Source: Eledone cirrhosa (taxonomy: Eukaryota). From it: a stretch of DNA of 64,000 nucleotides. Each line of letters starts with the position of its first letter. Position 1 is the stretch's first letter. The DNA is taken from the NCBI GenBank assembly GCA_964016885.1, contig OZ024751.1, positions 30,566,001-30,630,000 on the forward strand. The letters run 5' to 3'. Under the pieces are notes generated by a model. It made no database searches and had not been told where the DNA came from. It saw only the letters and a list, made by a program, of their open reading frames with translations. Positions 60,173 through 64,000 of the stretch are shown piece by piece. A program made the translations under genes and the position numbers.

Positions 60173-60383
60173 ATACATACATATCTACACACATAAATAC
60201 ACACATATACATATACACATATACACACACATATACATACTCACACACATAAATACACACATATACATACACACATATACACACACATATACATACACAC
60301 ACACACACACATACATACATACATACATACATACATACATACATACATACATACATACATACATACATACATACATACATACA

Positions 60384-60792
60384 TGGTGGCTGCCAACTCG
60401 TTTTCGAGTACGGCCACTACTTTATATCCATGTAGGAGAACCCCTACCGATGCGCTGAACGAGTGTGACTTTTTAGTCCAGCCAGCGACTTGAAAACTCT
60501 GGTACAAACACTACACTTGTGACAATTACTGACACATAGTGCTGGGCCCATGGTACCATGTGACGACAAGTGCAGAGAGATCTCCAGATATAAAGCAATG
60601 CCTGTGCCGTGAAGCTTTTATAGTGAGCAAAGGCACTGCACAAAGCCAGTCCCACTCTCTTAACCAAGATGATATTTACCAAAAAGAAGAACAAGTCAAC
60701 ATCATTGGATACCATCAGGGTTGCAGGTGTTAAATCGGAGTTTTCCTTCTCCTAGAATTCTGCCTTGACAAAGGCTAAGGGGTCATCTCTCC
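60384..60792 (-). mobile_element. Second copy of the (CATA)n-embedded element
   Basis: Nearly identical to 20355-20762; duplicate ORFs in the track (20444..20686 vs 60473..60715). Confidence 0.8.
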
Positions 60793-61490
60793 CATACATA
60801 CATACATACATACATACATACATACATACATACATACATACATACATACATACATACATACATACATACACACACATACGTCATATCCTCCCAAGTAAAA
60901 TAGCTGTTGGTCGTTCGTTCTGCTTCTGACAATAAATTTGATAAACGCCGGATGTTTTTCAAAAGAGTTTATGTACGTGTCACGGTAGTTATTTGATGTG
61001 AACAATGTTCAATAGATTTTAGGATTGTCAAATATATTTCCTGTATACTCTGAGTAATTAGTCTTCAGTGAATATATTGACAATATTTTAACCAATCTTC
61101 TTGACGGTAAATATTGGATCTTACGATATTGGATTTCTGGCTAGTCTTACATTTTATTTTATCGTTCCGTTTTTTTTTGTTTGTTTTTTGTCATCCACCC
61201 ATACATACACCCACCTACCCACCTAGCCACCTCACCTGGCCACCTACCCTCTCATTTACCTTCCCCACATCCGTCCACCTCCAATTGTTTGTTCATTGTG
61301 AACTACCTATAGGAGAGTAGTTACAGGTAGTTTGTTGTTGTTGTTGTGGTTGTTACTTTTGTGGTGTTGACGTTGGTGGTGGTAGCGGCGCTAATGGTAA
61401 CAGAATATGTATACATATGTATATGTGTGTGTGTGTGTGTATATATGTATGTATATATATATATATGTATGTATATATATATATATATAT

Positions 61491-61536
<46 letters not shown>

Positions 61537-61630
61537 TATATTACATATATATATATATATATATATAAATATATATAGTTTAATAAATGAACAGAGAGGC
61601 AGTACAAATGATATTAGTATTAGTTTCACG

Positions 61631-61699
<69 letters not shown>

Positions 61700-61702
<3 letters not shown>

Positions 61703-61767
61703 ATAAAATAAAGTACCAGTAATGCACTGGGTAATTGCTGGCCTTGTGCCAAAAAATTAGAAACAAG
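61700..61767 (+). mobile_element. SINE 3' fragment
   Basis: gataaaataaagtaccagtaatgcactgggtaattgctggccttgtgcc. Confidence 0.85.
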
Positions 61768-61872
61768 TATTTGATAGAAATGTAAAGGTGAGGTACAGAA
61801 AAGTGCTCTACCAGTTGGAGATAGCATTGAAGACAGAGAAACTGTAGTAAGGACTGGTTAGGTGTTGGGTGT

Positions 61873-61980
61873 GGGTACACGAGGTGGGGTGGACATGAGG
61901 GGGTGAGGGTACACGAGGTGGGGTGGACATGAGGGGGTGAGGGTACACGAGGTGGGGTGGACATGAGGGGGTGAGGGTAC
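61873..61980. repeat. 34 bp G-rich tandem repeat, 3.2 units
   Basis: gggtacacgaggtggggtggacatgagggggtga at 61873, 61907, 61941 and partial 61975. Confidence 0.92.
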
Positions 61981-62267
61981 GGGAGGCGGAATTGATTAGA
62001 TTTATTTAATAAAACCGTTTTTCTATTAATCTGTCGGCTTCTCTGCAGTAAGTTCCGGCACGAATGGTTTACTTAGGGATTAATGGCGGTTCTCTTACAT
62101 CACACACTTGAGATTGACATCAGGCAGGTATGGTATGAGGATTTACCTGTGTGTGTGTATGTGTATTTGTGTGTACTTGTGTGTACTTGTGTGTACTTGT
62201 GTGTACTTGTGTGGTGAGATTGGTCATAATATGTTCACATTGATGTGTGTGGTGTATTGTATATGTT

Positions 62268-62760
62268 CATGATGATGATGCTAGTGGTGGTGTTGGTGGT
62301 GGTGATAGTGGTGGTGATAGTGGTGGTGATAGTGGTGGTGTTAGTGGTGGTGGTGGTGATAGTGGAGGTGATAGTGGTGGTGATAGTGGTGGTGGTAGTG
62401 GAGGTGATAGTGGTGGTGTTAGTGGTGGTGGTGGTGGTGGTGGTGATAGAAGAGGTGATAGTGGTGGTGATAGTGGAGGTGATAGTGGTGGTGATAGTGG
62501 TGGTAATAGTGGTGGTGGTAGTGGGGGTGATAGTGCTGGTGTTACTGGTGGTGGTGGTGGTGGTGTTAGTGATGGTGATAGTGGTGGTGGTGGCGGTGGT
62601 GGTGTTAGTGGAGGTGATAGTGATGGTGATAGTGATGGTGATAGTGGAGGTGTTACTGGTGGTGATAGTGGTGGTGGTGGTGGTGGTGTTAGTGGAGGTG
62701 ATAGTGGTGGTGGTGGTGGTGGTGGTGTTAGTGGAGGTGATAGTGGCTGTGATAGTGGTT
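62268..62760. repeat. (GGTGATAGTGGT)n / (GGT)n tract
   Basis: Directly visible. Confidence 0.9.
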
Positions 62761-63079
62761 CATCAGCGGGTATCGCCTAAACAATAACCAATCGATCCAC
62801 AGAATCCCAAACCCCAGCCCATGCCGGCTTTGGCTGTTTGTGACGGCCGAGACAGTAAAGTGATTAGCAACTGGAATCCGATACAGCTCTGCCCCTCGAC
62901 AGCCACCGATTTACAAGCTTTACGTGGTGGCCGGAGAATAGAAAACAAATCTTTTCGTTCCCGTGAAACGCTCTCAGCCAACGTAATAAGATGTGAAAAG
63001 ATGGTTATTAGAAAGAGCAGTCCCACATCGATGTATAATAGAATGGTAGCATTCGGCTCATGTCTCCAAGTCCCATGGC

Positions 63080-63320
<241 letters not shown>

Positions 63321-63664
63321 GTGTGTGTATTTATGTGTGTGTATGTCTGTACAGTCCTCTGTTGGTTGTTATATTAATTAGCTTTGAAGTTTTTTTTCTC
63401 TGTTCCCAAACAATCAAGTGGGTGTTGAAAGTCTGTGGCGCCCCTTATTCTTAATATTTTACATGTTTCTGCTTATTTATTTTATATAACCAATGGAAGT
63501 ATTATTTCAAAATCCAACAAATATTATAATCTTAGCCCGTGAGACACAAATGCCTTTCGGTATTTATTCAAATCCCACTGTGATCAACTTAGCCTTTTAT
63601 ACCTCCGAGGGCTGTCAAACCTTTATATTTACAGATCTCCCTTTGTTTCAGTTTTGTTATTCTT

Positions 63665-64000
63665 AGGCGGCGAATTGGTAGAATCGTTAGAACGTCGGAT
63701 ATAATGCCTTGCGGTATTCGTTCTGGCTCTCTGGTCTCTGAGTTCAGATCCCACCGTGGTCGATAAAAAAAAGTACCAGTTCAGTACTGGTGTCCATTCT
63801 TCCTCTATGTCTCTTTCTAATTCCCATTCTCATGTTCAGGTTTACAATCTAGATTCTGTTATTTAATTATTATATTTTGTGTTTGAAACATTTTCTATCA
63901 TAAATTCAACAGTTAAAAGGATTTGTAGAACCGGCAGAGTGCCGGACTACATGCTTAGCAGTATTTCTTTCAACTCTTCAATATCTGAGTTCAAATCCTG
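63665..64000 (+). mobile_element. SINE copies (63665-63810 internally deleted; 63918-64000 runs off the window)
   Basis: ggcggcgaattggtagaatcgttaga head; ctgagttca(g/a)atcc B-box twice. Confidence 0.75.

Noticed and set aside
62245-62787. Gly/Ser/Asp-rich or poly-Val ORFs (also 10471-11272, 29435-29916, 41702-42037, 48617-49013)
   Set aside because: Trinucleotide repeat tracts; no splice or codon evidence for real low-complexity proteins.

Overview
AT-rich, microsatellite-saturated eukaryotic (animal) non-coding DNA; the repeat landscape looks like a coleoid cephalopod (octopus-like) genome, which is an inference. No host protein-coding exon can be confirmed, and almost all ORF-track entries are translations of (TA)n/(CA)n/(TATG)n/trinucleotide repeats. 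Supportable content: one uninterrupted APE+RT LINE ORF (25326-28271) inserted in (TA)n; fragments of R4/Dong, L1/Tx1 and RTE retroposons; about 25 copies or fragments of one tRNA-derived SINE family; several MITEs (TA-, TTAA- and 8-bp-TSD types); a 200-N scaffold gap; and a 4.5 kb spacer-less palindrome (4993-9528). The main hidden signal is at least 12 type I hammerhead ribozyme motifs (stem I-CUGANGA-stem II-GAAA-stem III-UH-stem I') from several unrelated sequence families. They sit in short non-coding elements embedded in (TA)n and repeatedly occur as fold-back (head-to-head inverted) pairs at scales from about 115 bp to 4.5 kb, suggesting a Penelope-like/retrozyme-type system that generates palindromes. 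A textbook recursive-splice-site motif (polypyrimidine-CAG|GTAAGT) at 17435/17436 suggests the window may lie in a giant + strand intron. All calls were read by eye; no folding, alignment or database search was run.
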